In this document: positions 32,059 to 43,466 of the stretch, piece by piece
Layout: every line of letters starts with the position of its first letter
How positions within the stretch are numbered: position 1 is the stretch's first letter
Program-made: the position numbers and the translations under genes
Assembly: GCA_965644315.1 (NCBI GenBank)
Contig: CBFFRQ010000054.1
Coordinates: forward strand, 248,001-312,000
Length of the DNA stretch: 64,000 nucleotides
DNA from: Caecitellus pseudoparvulus
Lineage: Eukaryota > Protista > Bigyra: Bicosoecida
Direction of reading: 5' to 3'
The notes under the pieces: model-generated
What the model saw: the letters and a program-made list of their open reading frames with translations, nothing else
Databases searched by the model: none
What the model was told of the DNA's origin: nothing

Positions 32059-33036
32059 GGGCGTGGCTGGCTTTGGGCGGACCTGGGCAGGTGCGGGGGG
32101 GAGACAGGCGGCGGGGTCCAGAGCGGACTCGCCCCCCCCCCGGACCAGGGGTGCCATGGACCCGCGGTCGAGCAGCCACTCTCGAGCCGCAGCGCTGCCA
32201 GCCACATCGATAGGCCGCAAGCCGCGGGTGTCCGTCGGCGTAACGCATGGCGTGGCGGCACCCTGCAGCAGGCAACGCATGACACCCACATGCCCGGTTG
32301 CCGCCGCCCAATGCAGTGCCGTGCGTCCTGCAGCATCCACTGCACCCGGGCCAACGCCGTGAGTCAAGAGGAAACGCACCACGTCCTCAGCACCCGCCGC
32401 GGCTGCCGTGTGCAGCGGAGGCACTTCGCACCGGTCCGAGTCAAGCGACCATACGAGGCGCAAGGCAGTCACATGGTTGCCCTGTGCAGCATAGTGTGCC
32501 AGGGTCCAGCCACCTTCAATTTCCAGACGACAGCTCGGCAGGAGAGCCGTGAGGTCTCGCACGGCTGCTGCGTTTCCTGCCAACGCAGCAGCTGCGGCGG
32601 CGACGTGAAGCAGGTGCGCCCCGCGTTCTGGGTCACTCTCCAGCAAGGCATTCAGCACGTGCATGTGCCCCGCCACACCCGCTGCCGCCGCTGCTGCAGT
32701 GCTGGTGGCTGGGCCAGCCTCGCTCTCGCCCATCGCTGCCTGGCACAGCAGGCGCACGATCTGCTCCTGCCCGGCACCCGCCGCAGCTTCCAGGGCGCTG
32801 GTCAATTCAGCCTGTGTGGCGCTCGCCAGGGCCAGGGTGCGCTGCACGGCGGCGGTGTCGCCCAGCATGGCCGCAGCCGCCAGATCTCCATGTTTCAGCA
32901 CCGCTTGCTCTGCACCGTCCTCCTGGCTTGGTGGACAAGGCAAGGCTTCGACTTGGGCCACCTCCAGGACCTTGGCACTGCCAACTTCAGTGCTGGGCGG
33001 GATGCCAGAGGGTGGGGGCCGCGGAGCAGCAGCCAT
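31996..33036 (-). CDS. Conventional ankyrin-repeat protein
   Basis: GWTLAHYAAQGNH, PPLHTAAAAG, GRTALHWAAATGH, GLRPIDVA. Confidence 0.82.
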   Translation of the reverse strand: MAAAPRPPPSGIPPSTEVGSAKVLEVAQVEALPCPPSQEDGAEQAVLKHGDLAAAAMLGDTAAVQRTLALASATQAELTSALEAAAGAGQEQIVRLLCQAAMGESEAGPATSTAAAAAAGVAGHMHVLNALLESDPERGAHLLHVAAAAAALAGNAAAVRDLTALLPSCRLEIEGGWTLAHYAAQGNHVTALRLVWSLDSDRCEVPPLHTAAAAGAEDVVRFLLTHGVGPGAVDAAGRTALHWAAATGHVGVMRCLLQGAATPCVTPTDTRGLRPIDVAGSAAAREWLLDRGSMAPLVRGGGESALDPAACLPPAPAQVRPKPATPLPPTASPEKRITAGAVHGGV

Positions 33037-33444
33037 GGCGACGAGAATTTTGCCGGCGTTTCGTCGTTTCACGCGCAAAGCTTCGTCTTGAAAAGGCCAG
33101 GGCCAAAGCAAGGGCTGCCTGCGACAGTCTGCACGAGGGCCGCGGAGTTCTCGGTGTACACGTATTGAAATAACGACAGCCTTTGTCCAAGCAGCGCGTG
33201 CCACTTTTCGTTGGAGCAAAGGCCAGGCGTGCAGTAGCGTTGGCAATTCTTGCGCGAAGCTACATTTGCTCCCCTCGGCCACCTTCAAAATGACAGGCTG
33301 AGTGCCTGTCAAGGACGGTGGTGGAATGTGACATGACCGCCAGTCCTTTCCACGTATTGGCGAGGCCGCGATTCTGGCACTGCAGCGCGGGGGCCGGAGT
33401 CAACGTTCTGGCGGCACCGCACAGAGGCGAACCACACAGCAAGC

Positions 33445-36107
33445 ATGAAGGCGAATGGGATGAGCCAGAGATACATCCGACGGCGTCGTGCTTCAGCGTT
33501 GCAGCCACTACCAACCGGATGCTGCGGCGTCGTGCACGGCTTGCTGAGGAGCCGGCTGGTCTCCGTGGCTCCAACTTCCGCAGACAAACGGGACGCCGAG
33601 CAAGCAGCCTCTCACGCGCGGTACAGGACTGCCGCCCAGCAGTCCGTAAAGGAGTTCCACGCACGAGACGAAGCATGTGGGCTGATGATGACGAGCGGCT
33701 TCGTCATTGACCCCGACTCCATCCTGAAGACCATTTGGGACATCCTTCGTGAGCAGCCGCGTTTCTTTCACCGGGCATGGGCGCAGCTGGCACCCTCGCT
33801 CACTTGGTGCCACTCCTCCGCGCAGTGACCCCCATCATCCTGTACACTGCCACGGCCATGCCGTATCAGATCTTCTTTGAGCTTGAGGAAACCAGCGCCT
33901 GGAAGGCACTGGACACGTGCGCGACGATTCTATTTGTGGTGCGAGGCTGCGGTCCGCGTTGCTGCCTGCGCAGGGTCACTGGCCTCCTCCACCTCTGCAG
34001 GCCGACATGGTTGTGGAGTTTAACACGGCGTACTACTGTGACTCCACGCGGGCCCACGTGGAGACGAACCGCTTCAAGATCGCGTGGAGGTACATCACGA
34101 CGTGGTTCATCTTCGACTTGGTAGCGGTGCTGCCGGGAGGTGTGTGAGCCGTGCGCCGACGCGGTGAAGAGCATCACGCGCACTCGCAGGGGCGCTCCCT
34201 ATGCAGAGTGGCTCTTTGGAGTGGACCAGGGCGGCGAGGGGACGAAGTTCGCCAAGCTGGCCCGCATCTCCCGCACCTTCCGCCTCCTGCGCGCCTTCCG
34301 CATCTTCAAGATGGCAGCTTCCCGCACGATGCGGGACGCTGTCATGTGGCTGCAGCACTCCCTCGCCATCTCCCCCATGTGGAACCCTCTCCTGCGGGAC
34401 TTCTGGGTGTCTGCGCTGGTCATCCACATGGGCGCGGGGCTGTGGCACTTCGTGGGGTTGCGGGAGATGGAGGCAGGGCACGCCTCCTGGATCACGCGGG
34501 CGGACATGGAGTCCTCCCCCGCTGCCGAGAGGTACGTGACGTCCCTGTACTGGACCATTTCCACCCTCACCTCGGTGGGGTACGGGGACGTGGCCGCAGA
34601 GACGCCCAGCGAGGAGCTCATGTCCATCGCGTACATGCTGCTGGGCGTGGTGGGGGCGGGCGTCATCGTCGCAGACATCCTCACCATCAAGGAGCGCATG
34701 GCCAGCGTGACCAAGGTGCAGGCGGACCGCACTGCGGCCGTGGACCGGCTCATCCACCGCGTGAGCCCCCCCTGGGCCCTCAAGGTGGGCTTGAAGAACT
34801 GGGTGGAGGAGGCCAACTCCAAGCTGCACGAGACGTACGACGTCCTGCCCCAGCTGCCGCCGGCGCTGCGGCGGGACGTCATCCTGCACATGCGGTGGGA
34901 GGTGGCAGCCACCGTCGGCCTCTTCCAGCTGCCCGAGATATCGGACGAACTCACCGCCGACTTCCTGTGGTTCATGAAGCGCGTCAGCGTGAAGGGCGGC
35001 GAATTCGTGTACATGCAGCACACGCCAGCGGAGTTCATGTACTTTCTCATGTCAGGGGAGGTCGTCATCATGAAGGAAAAGGAGCGTGAAGTGGAGCCCA
35101 AGACAGCCGGCGGGCGGGAAAGGGCCCGCGAAGGCATCCTGTCCCGCGTGAACGTGGAGCCCATGTACGCGCTGAACCGTGGCGACAATTTCGGCGACTC
35201 GGACGTCCTGTTCTCCGACCGCCACACCGTCAGTGCATTCTGCTCGCGCAACGCAGAGCTGTACGCCATGGAGCGCCGGCACATTGAGAAGCTGTGCCAG
35301 GAGAACTCCTCCCTGTACTTCCTGCTGCGGCAGAAGGCGCGCGACGACGCTCGCAAACGCCGCCTGCAAATGCCAGCGGCCATCCTGGCGGAGGTCACTG
35401 CCCAAGCAGACGGCACACGGACACTTGCAGAAGACGACGCAAAGCAGGGCGCCGACGAGGTGACGGGCACGGTGTCGGCCATCAAGGCGGCGTTGCAGCC
35501 GCCTGCGCAGCCCACCTTCACGCAGCGCCTGCGGGACAGTCTGACGTGGAGCGCCCGCAGCCCCGGCTCCGTCAAGCCGTCCACGCCAGAAACTGCAGTT
35601 GCAGTGCCCGAGGAACGCGGCGGCGGTGGCGAGGCGCCTTCCACACCTGCCCAGGGCGGGGAGCAAGCGCGCCGCCCGTCGGGCGCTGAGGGAGAGGAAG
35701 AAGGCACGGAGGACTCCCCCACCACTGCCACTGGGCTGAGTGGGTGGCGCAAGGCCATCCAGTGGGCTCAGCTGCGGAACTTGGACGTGGAGGCGGAAGA
35801 GGCGGCGGAGGAGATGGCCATGGACATGGGCGCCGTCAAGACTGGCCGCTTCGGGCGCATGAGCGACCACCAGGTGGCCAACTTGCCCTCCGTCCAGCGT
35901 GTCGCCGAAGTGGCCACCAAGCGCGTCAAGGCACGGTGGAAGTTTGCCGCCACAGCCGTGCTGCATGGCCTGCAAGGCAACACGGCGGGCGCGGGAGCGG
36001 CGAAGTCGCCGGCGGATGAGGCTGCCCAGCCGGCAGCAGACGAAGCGGCAGCGGCTACCGCTGTTTCTGCCCAGCCTGCAGCGCAGACACACCAGCGTGA
36101 AGAGTAA
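33445..36107 (+). CDS. Cyclic-nucleotide-binding-domain cation/K+ channel (KCNH/HCN/CNGK-like), multi-exon
   Basis: FVIDPDSILKTIWDIL; DMVVEFNTAYY; IAWRYITTWFIFDLVAVLP; S4 RISRTFRLLRAFRIFK; YVTSLYWTISTLTSVGYGD; C-linker LPPALRRDV; CNBD GDNFGD. Confidence 0.87.
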
Positions 36108-36134
36108 TGCACCCCTAGATGCTGCCGCCTGCCG

Positions 36135-36956
36135 TCAGTCTTGCAGCCACGCTTCTGTTGCATGCGCGTTGCAACGACGCCTGCACGGCGCCAGCAGCAG
36201 GTCATAGGGACTGCAGGCCGCCACAGTGTGCGTGGCACCATCTTCCTCTGCCAGTGGCGACAGGGCTGGCCACGCCCCCACCTGGCTGAGCGCTGCTGCC
36301 TTGCAAGCATCACCACCGGCGCAGGAAGGGGGGGGCGGACCTGCCACGTGAGCCGGCAACTGCGCCGCCAACTCGCGCAGCAGATGAGCCTCACACGCCA
36401 GCATGGCAGCGTCGTCTTCCTCCGACTCGTGGTCGTGCCCCAGGCAGTGCGCCAAGCCGTGCGCTGCCACGCGCAACAGCTGCGTTGCTGGCGAGCTGGG
36501 CGGGTGCATGCCTCTGGCGTCCTCTACCACCACGGAGTGGGCGATAAAAATGTCGCCCAAGTCCTTGAAATCAGCAGTCAGCAAAGCTGGTTCGGCGCCG
36601 TCTCGCAATTCCTGGCGAGGGGGGGCGGGTACGTGTGCGGGACTCTGACCAGCGGCAGAGGGATGCAGCCGAACTCGCTGCTCACGGGGTACACCGGGAA
36701 TGAGAGAACGTCGGTTACTGCATCTTTTCCCCGGTATGTGCCGTTCAGCTTCTTGATCTCCCCCAGGCTCACCAGGGAAAGGCTCATGTCCCTGCGACAC
36801 GGCGCGGCAGTCTTGAATAGGTGCAGGCCGAACCAATTTCCGCTGCACGCACCAGTCTGCGCGGCCGCCTGCGGCCTTCATCAACCGCAGGCACTGGGCG
36901 AGTCCGAACAGATCTAACCGAGTCTGCGAACACTGCAGGCGCACGAGCGTGCTCAT
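36135..36956 (-). CDS. ybeY: YbeY endoribonuclease (organellar rRNA maturation), multi-exon
   Basis: IKKLNGTYRGKDAVTDVLSFP, DLGDIFI, HGLAHCLGHDH (H-x3-H-x5-H). Confidence 0.88.
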   Translation of the reverse strand: MSTLVRLQCSQTRLDLFGLAQCLRLMKAAGGRADWCVQRKLVRPAPIQDCRAVSQGHEPFPGEPGGDQEAERHIPGKRCSNRRSLIPGVPREQRVRLHPSAAGQSPAHVPAPPRQELRDGAEPALLTADFKDLGDIFIAHSVVVEDARGMHPPSSPATQLLRVAAHGLAHCLGHDHESEEDDAAMLACEAHLLRELAAQLPAHVAGPPPPSCAGGDACKAAALSQVGAWPALSPLAEEDGATHTVAACSPYDLLLAPCRRRCNAHATEAWLQD

Positions 36957-37204
36957 CTCCGTCCTGCCGTGTCCACGCCCAACGCTAGGCAGTGTTTGCG
37001 AGAAGCGCGTCGCCTGCCTGGCCAACGCTCTGCCGACTGTCAAGCGGTCCGTGCAAAATCCAAATGCTGAGCCATTGCCACCCTACGTGGCTGCCGTCGT
37101 ACTGCGTGCGTGGGACCGGGGCTCACGAGTGGGGCTTCGTTGAGAAGTGCCAAGGTGTGCAAGCTGCCCAGGATATTCGCCGCTGGCTGCACGGAGCTGA
37201 CACA

Positions 37205-38305
37205 ATGGGAGACGGAGCCAACGCCAAGGCGTGGCGGCGGCAGTGCCTTGGGTGGGACAAGTGCCAATTGTAAGCTTGACAGCTGTTGGCTGGCGATTCC
37301 CCCACGCGCGCGTGCCACCCAGGAGGCCCCTCCTTTGCCTGCAGAGCATTCACGGTGCTGTGCTCCATTTCCGCATCGATTTTGCTGTTGCTTCTGGTGC
37401 AGTGCAGGTCAGAGCAGTCTGCGGAGCAAGCCAGGCACTCAGAGAAGCAGGCTCTACAGCACATACCTGGTGCGCTGTCTGGCGCTTCCGGTGCACAGCT
37501 GCACACGCCGCCCAGCGTCAGGGGGGGTGCGCAAGCAGAGTCCGAGCCCGGCCGGGAGCGCAACACCTGCGCCTGGCTGAAGGAGCCCGTGGACCCGCCC
37601 TCCCCCGAGCACTTGACGTACTTCAGGCAGAACTCACAAACCCAAAGCGGTGAGGACCTCACCCTTCTCGAGCGCTACCCCGCTGTGGCGTTGCGGAAGG
37701 GCGGAGTTATTCTGGAGTCGGGAGCCTTCGACGGTTCAAAGTACAGCTCCTCCTGGGCCTTTGAGCGCACGTTGGAGTGGACAGCCATCCACATCGAGGC
37801 CAACCCCCGCACGTTTGAGAAACTCAAGACCAACCGCCCGGCCAGCAAGCGGGTGATCAACCTGAACGTGGCCCTGTGTGCGGAGCCGCGTGAAGTGCAC
37901 TACGTTGACCACGCCGAGCCCTTCCCAGCGGCGGGCATTTGGCAGTTCATGAGTATCCGCCTGCGCCGGGCGTATTTCTCTGACATCCCGCTGTTTGCAG
38001 CGAGCCCAGTGGATGCCAAGACTTCCCTGGTGACGCCGCTGCAGTGCCTGCCGCTGGCGCAAGCCTTGCCGCCTGAGCGCCACAACATCCACGTGTGGGT
38101 GCTGGATGTCGAGGGGGCGGAGGTGGAGGTGTTGAAAGCCACAGACTTCAACGTCCTCAGCTTCGGGGTCATTGTCAAGGAGACTTCCGATGACATCATC
38201 AAGGAAGCGCAGGCCACTGACATCCTGCGGCGCAACGGGTATGTGAAAGTAAGCGAGCTCGACCGCTCCACATGGTACATAAATGAGTGCCTTCTTGACG
38301 TGTGA
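37205..38305 (+). CDS. FkbM-family methyltransferase with N-terminal membrane anchor (intron 37261-37344)
   Basis: ILESGAFDG...SSWAFERTLEWTAIHIEANP, NVALC, LDVEGAEVEVLK. The spliced N-terminus carries a hydrophobic VLCSISASILLLLLV. Confidence 0.83.
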
Positions 38306-38567
38306 TGTCTTGTCAATGCACTGTGCGTCGTGGCTGCGCAAGTGCAGCGAGGGTGCCCATCAGCGGGGCCAGCCGCGACTGCCGAGCAGTGGGCAAGCGC
38401 TGGCACACTTGCCAGAAGCACAAAAACTGTAAATGAACTTCAACTTGGAATGGATTGTGTTCTGAAGTTCACTTGAGATGTGTGCATAGGTGCTGTGTGT
38501 GCTGATTTGGCTGGGGATTCGCGACCGTCACGTGGCTGTGCGGGCTCCAATTTCCGCGCCAGCTGCC

Positions 38568-40937
38568 ATGGCGCCGGCCGGTTGCCGGCGCCTGCTGCCC
38601 AGGCAGCGGGTTGCCATAGCTACGGCTGCCGTCGCAGTGTTCGCCTGCCTTGTAGCGTACTCTGGGAACGTTCTCTCTCGAGAAAGCCGAGCAGCACTCT
38701 TTGCTGCTCTACCGCAGTCCGCTGAGGGTGTTCACTCACCCCCCAAGCCACCTCAGCCAGCCCACCCGGACCTGCGTGCAGCCTGGGCAGCGGCCTTTCC
38801 AGATCAACCCAGTGTGCAGGTGATGGTGTTCACGCACCGCCGCGCCGCTTCACTGGACCGACTGCTGCAGTCCCTGGCCACAGCCGACTACTCCGGCTTG
38901 CCCCCGCACGACCTGAGGGTGTGTGTGGACAGCAAGGCAGACTCACCCCCCAACCCTGCAGTGCTGGATGTCCTGGCAGGTTTTTCGTGGCCCCACGGGC
39001 AGTTCGAAGTCGGCGTGCACAGGAGCCAAGTGGGCCTGGCAGGGCAGTGGTTGCACTGCTGGGCCGGTGACACACTGCAACCCGTGCCGAGTCTGAAGGC
39101 GGCAGCCCCCACCTCGGACGAACGGGCAGCCCTCGGCGTGATGCTGGAGGACGATCTGGAGGTGTCTCGGCACTGGGCGCAGTGGAAAGTGCGGGCTGCA
39201 CTGGCGTACAGGCAGCACCCTTCCATTCGCAGCTTCACACTGCAACGGCCCCAAATCCGTGCCACTGACGCCAAGAGCATCGCACCCCAGCTGCCCCTGG
39301 AAGGCACAGTGTTCGGGTACAGGCTTCTCGGGTCGTGGGGCTTTGCTGCGTACCGTGACATGTGGCGGGATTTTGTCGCGTGGCAAGCCGACGTGGCAAA
39401 AGCCGGGCCCAAGGCGGCGGTGGTGCCTGGCTTGATCATGAGCGACTGGTGGATGGGGGCGGTGAAAGCCGGCAGTATGAGCAGCATGTGGACCATGTGG
39501 TTCATCAAGTTTGCGCAGGCACGAGGCCTGTTCACGCTGTACGGCAATTTCGGCGGCGACTTGGCCATGAACGTCAACTGGCTCGAACCCGGCGAACACT
39601 ACGCCGGAACACGGGGCAAGCCCCGCAGTGACTCCACCCTGGTGCGCTGGTGGCGTGACGAGTACGCCCTGATGCCCGCCCAGCCCACGCTGCTGGACTG
39701 GGATGGTTCCGTCATTCCTGATAGCTCATCTGCAGCGCGGCCAGCAGCGGATTTTGCCGCACTTGTGAACGCCTTGCGCTTCGTCACACCCGAGCACAGT
39801 GGCGCCTTCCCAGGCCTGATTATTATCAACTCGGGGTATGTGGACATGACCCTGTCTTGGCTGTGCAACACCGCCGACATGCCGGGTGTGCACCGCCGCA
39901 CAGTCATCGCGTGCACTGACCTGCAGTGCCTGGGCGAGCTGCGCAGCCACCCTGTTGCAGCCAGGGTTGGGTGGATCACTGGGCTCGACTTGTTCGGAGC
40001 TGTCGGTGATCTACGGCAGGCGTTTGGCCTTGCTCGCACCGCACAGGGCGCACAGGCAGCCGCGCTTTCCTACGCCACACCTGACTACATCCTGATGATG
40101 GTGGCACGCCTGCGTCTCCTGCGGGACCTGGTGCTGGCCGATGTGCCCTTCCTCTTGTTCGAAACCGACGCAGTGTGGGCGTCTGACGCGTATGCCTGGA
40201 TGGATCGGTACATGAGCCAGCAGCGTGCGGAGCTGGCACACCCCGCGCCCACCTTTCCCATTGACATGCTGGCGTATGTGGATTCCCCACCGCAGAACCT
40301 GGGAGGGGGCTTCTTCTTGGCGCTGCCGACACCCGCTTCAAAGGCGTTTTTCAGCGAGTGGCTGGGCATTGTGGAGGCAGATGTCAAAGCACGGGGCTTC
40401 GCAGCCATTCGCGCGTCGGGGCTCGTCTCAGACCAAGTTGTTCTTGGAAACCTGTTCAAAGCCCGCCGGAACAGCACCAACATCCACCTCATGCCGACGC
40501 GTGCGTTCCCATCCGGAATCTGGTTCCGCAGCCACACACCGGCGCAGGGCCCCCTGGCGCAATTGCACAAGGCTGGCGTCGTTGTCTTGCAGAACAACTT
40601 CATTCTAGGAAGTGTGCACAAGGTTGTGCGCGCACAAGTACACGCGCAGTGGTTCCTGGATGCGAGGCAGGCGACATGCACGACGGGAGAAGCGGCCGCT
40701 AGGCAGGCCGCTCGAGTTGACGCGTTCGTGAACAGTTTCAGCGCCCTGGCGTGGATCGGGCTAGTGGCGACAGCGTTGTATCTTGCACACATAACTGGTT
40801 GGACACAGAGTGCGGAGGGTTTGCTGCGAAGGTGTGGCGCGGGGCCGTGTGTTGACGCAGGCAGGCGGGCATGGGATCGGCTGGCGCTGCGCCGCTGGCG
40901 GCCACTGTGCGGTGGAAAGTCGCGTGAGGCCCCATGA
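38568..40937 (+). CDS. Two-domain glycosyltransferase: GT-A domain plus nucleotide-diphospho-sugar transferase (GT77-like)
   Basis: N-terminal TM; VFTHRRAASLDRLLQSLATADY...MLEDDLEVS...SWG; then WLCN...LLFETDAVW...GGGFF...SDQ...FPSG...QNNFILG..KV.R; also a C-terminal hydrophobic segment. Confidence 0.8.
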   Translation: MAPAGCRRLLPRQRVAIATAAVAVFACLVAYSGNVLSRESRAALFAALPQSAEGVHSPPKPPQPAHPDLRAAWAAAFPDQPSVQVMVFTHRRAASLDRLLQSLATADYSGLPPHDLRVCVDSKADSPPNPAVLDVLAGFSWPHGQFEVGVHRSQVGLAGQWLHCWAGDTLQPVPSLKAAAPTSDERAALGVMLEDDLEVSRHWAQWKVRAALAYRQHPSIRSFTLQRPQIRATDAKSIAPQLPLEGTVFGYRLLGSWGFAAYRDMWRDFVAWQADVAKAGPKAAVVPGLIMSDWWMGAVKAGSMSSMWTMWFIKFAQARGLFTLYGNFGGDLAMNVNWLEPGEHYAGTRGKPRSDSTLVRWWRDEYALMPAQPTLLDWDGSVIPDSSSAARPAADFAALVNALRFVTPEHSGAFPGLIIINSGYVDMTLSWLCNTADMPGVHRRTVIACTDLQCLGELRSHPVAARVGWITGLDLFGAVGDLRQAFGLARTAQGAQAAALSYATPDYILMMVARLRLLRDLVLADVPFLLFETDAVWASDAYAWMDRYMSQQRAELAHPAPTFPIDMLAYVDSPPQNLGGGFFLALPTPASKAFFSEWLGIVEADVKARGFAAIRASGLVSDQVVLGNLFKARRNSTNIHLMPTRAFPSGIWFRSHTPAQGPLAQLHKAGVVVLQNNFILGSVHKVVRAQVHAQWFLDARQATCTTGEAAARQAARVDAFVNSFSALAWIGLVATALYLAHITGWTQSAEGLLRRCGAGPCVDAGRRAWDRLALRRWRPLCGGKSREAP

Positions 40938-41416
40938 AGGCGCGGAGGGCGGCTGTTGAACGTATGCGGCTGGTGCACGCCGGGAAGTGTGATTCGTGCG
41001 GTGTGGTAGGTTGCACTTCTGTTCGTCGTGCACTGCGCTGTGCTGTGTTTGAAGGGCGGTGCAGGGAAGCATGAAGGTCCCCAAGCCAGGCGGTGACCCC
41101 ATTATATCTGGCCTTGGATTGACGTGATGGGTGAAGCTGCTGGGGAGGCCGGGCGCCAAGGTGCGGCCGGGTCAGCCTGCCTTGGTAACGCTGTGCTTGA
41201 GCTTGGTTGTATTCAGGTGCGAGTGGACCAAGCAGGAATGCACGCCAAGCAGATTGGTGATTGAGGGGCCTGTGTCAAAAACAACTCCCATGTCCTAGTC
41301 TTCATCACGTAGAACAGATTAATTGACACTTGTGGTAGTGTATCGTGCTGCCCGTGCTGCTCTGCAGGCGAGTTGGATTGCGTGGGATCAAGTGCGGAAA
41401 CTGGTGCCACCACGCC

Positions 41417-42214
41417 ATGGCAGATGACAGCGATAGCCAGTCAGTGGTGGGTCGATGGCGGGCAGCGTTTGATTCTTTCGAGCCGGAAGTCTTGCTGAGC
41501 ATACTGTCTGAGTGTGGCGATGGTGCTGGTCTGGAGCTGAGAGGAGTGTCAAGCAAGGAGACAACGGCTGGGTTTTGGCTTGCTTGCAGGCTGGGTCACC
41601 TTGAATTGCTTGACAAGATGCTGGCCTTGGAGGGGGGCCTTGCAGTGGACGTACATGCAGAAGATGAGGATGGGCCTGAGGTTGGATTCCTGGTTGCCTG
41701 TGAGCACGGCCACATTAGTGTGGTGCGCGAGCTGCTGGCTTTGACCGGGCATCGTGAAGTGAATGTGCACGCAGGAGATTGGCGTGGGCCTGAGGTTGGC
41801 TTCCAGGTTGCCTGTCGATTTGGCCACATTGACGTGGTGCGGGAACTGCTGGCGCTAACAGGTGACCGTGAAGTTGATGTGCATGCTGTGTCTGAGGCTG
41901 GCTTCCGAGCTGCTTGTGAGGAGGGTCACACTGATGTAGTGCGTGAGCTGCTGGGCTTGACGGGGCATCGTGAGGTGGATGTGCATGCTGGTTTTCGAGG
42001 TGTTCCTGAGTACGGCTTCCGATTTGCCTGTAAGAATGGCCACGTGGGTGTGCTGGTGGAGTTGCTGGGCCTCACTGGCCGTCGAGCCATTCCGCTGCAG
42101 ACACGCCTTGAGGCAGGAGAGGCATCTGTACAGCCGGCCAAGGACGCTGTCTGGGCTGGCACCAGCACGCGGCAAGGTCGGAAAGCCATGCTGTTGCTAC
42201 GAGCAGCTCAGTGA
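41417..42214 (+). CDS. Capped 38-aa atypical ankyrin-repeat protein, ANK-C (4 repeats, 265 aa)
   Basis: Homologous 87-aa N-cap (MADDSDSQSVVGRW...), 4 repeats (one 34 aa) and C-cap DAVWAGTSTRQGRKAMLLLR. Same CCACCACGCC-ATGG start context as ANK-A and ANK-B. Confidence 0.88.
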   Translation: MADDSDSQSVVGRWRAAFDSFEPEVLLSILSECGDGAGLELRGVSSKETTAGFWLACRLGHLELLDKMLALEGGLAVDVHAEDEDGPEVGFLVACEHGHISVVRELLALTGHREVNVHAGDWRGPEVGFQVACRFGHIDVVRELLALTGDREVDVHAVSEAGFRAACEEGHTDVVRELLGLTGHREVDVHAGFRGVPEYGFRFACKNGHVGVLVELLGLTGRRAIPLQTRLEAGEASVQPAKDAVWAGTSTRQGRKAMLLLRAAQ

Positions 42215-42487
42215 TCATTTTGACGATAGTTTACTGTCTACCACCACACTGTGAAGGTTTACTGGCGACTGAGTGTGTGTCGTGCGTTGCAGTGGGGGCG
42301 GCCGTTGAGCAAGAGCGTGGACATACATCGATCAGACTGGGCCAATTCAGACATGTGAGCCCATGTTTACGGGCTGAGTGCTCATACACAACGCACTCCG
42401 TGCCATGTGTGCCCTGCTGGGTGGCATTTGCCACTTGCTGTCTCGAAACTGTCCCATCTATCTTTCTTGGTGAAGCAGGCTGCTTGC

Positions 42488-43336
42488 ATGGCGGGCGCAG
42501 ATGGCTTCGTGGACCTGGGGGAGCTGGAAGTCAGGCAAGAGGAAGGAAGGAGCTGTCTGGTTTCTGAAGAGGAGTGGCCTGACGTGGCGTGGGGGCGCAC
42601 TGCTTGCGAGCCTGCCTATCACGGCGCCCGTGTGCCAATCGCCAGCGAGAGAGCACAAGTGGTCGGTGCCGTTGATCATGAAGCCCAGGGCCAGCCACGG
42701 GAAGCCAGCTCCAAGCCAAGCAAGATGGGCTCACATGATATCGAGGGATCAGACCTTCTGGCGTTGTTGGATGCGTCTGGGACGCAGGGCGGGCCTCAGC
42801 AAGGATGTGCGGTAATTGAGACACAGCCAGACGCGGAGTGTGATAGTCAAAGCACGGAGATTTCGCGCCCAGCAGGGGCCCCGGCACAACCAGCGACCAC
42901 GCCATCATGCCTTCGTTCTTCAGCAGTGTCTACGACTGCAGGCATCGCTGCGGAGGCAAAGCGTGCAGCGTCGACGCAAGAGGAATCAGTGGAGCCTGGC
43001 CAAATATGCGACACTTCCTGGCCGCTGGAAGCCCTATTGCCTGCAGCAGATTGCGAGGCAGCCTTTGACACGGTGCCTGTAGACTTCATTTCAGTGTCAC
43101 AGGCGCAGCAGCCTGCCGCTGCCGCTGTGGCCAAGCTCTGCCGGCAGTATGAGGAGGCGGGCGGCAGCGTGCCCTCTGCAGGCGCACTGCTGCAGTCTGT
43201 GGGGCACGCGATACGCGCTGAGGATGGGCAGCAGGGTGCCTGCCGCAGCTGTGGTGGCGAAACTGGTGCCACGGCTGGGAGTAGGGTCCAGGGGGCACAC
43301 GCACTGCGCGCTGTGTTGCAGGCATACGCAACGTGA
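42488..43336 (+). CDS. Hypothetical protein
   Basis: 282-codon acidic ORF convergent with CENP-S. No recognisable domain. Confidence 0.4.
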   Translation: MAGADGFVDLGELEVRQEEGRSCLVSEEEWPDVAWGRTACEPAYHGARVPIASERAQVVGAVDHEAQGQPREASSKPSKMGSHDIEGSDLLALLDASGTQGGPQQGCAVIETQPDAECDSQSTEISRPAGAPAQPATTPSCLRSSAVSTTAGIAAEAKRAASTQEESVEPGQICDTSWPLEALLPAADCEAAFDTVPVDFISVSQAQQPAAAAVAKLCRQYEEAGGSVPSAGALLQSVGHAIRAEDGQQGACRSCGGETGATAGSRVQGAHALRAVLQAYAT

Positions 43337-43466
43337 AGCGGCGATGAAGATGGCGAACCCAGCCAAGAACAGCACACAGATGAGGCATAGTCATGAACAT
43401 TCAAGTCCGTGTCTCGCCGTCACATGCTGGCGTTGGGGCGCCGCATTTGGTGCGAGGGGACGGAGG

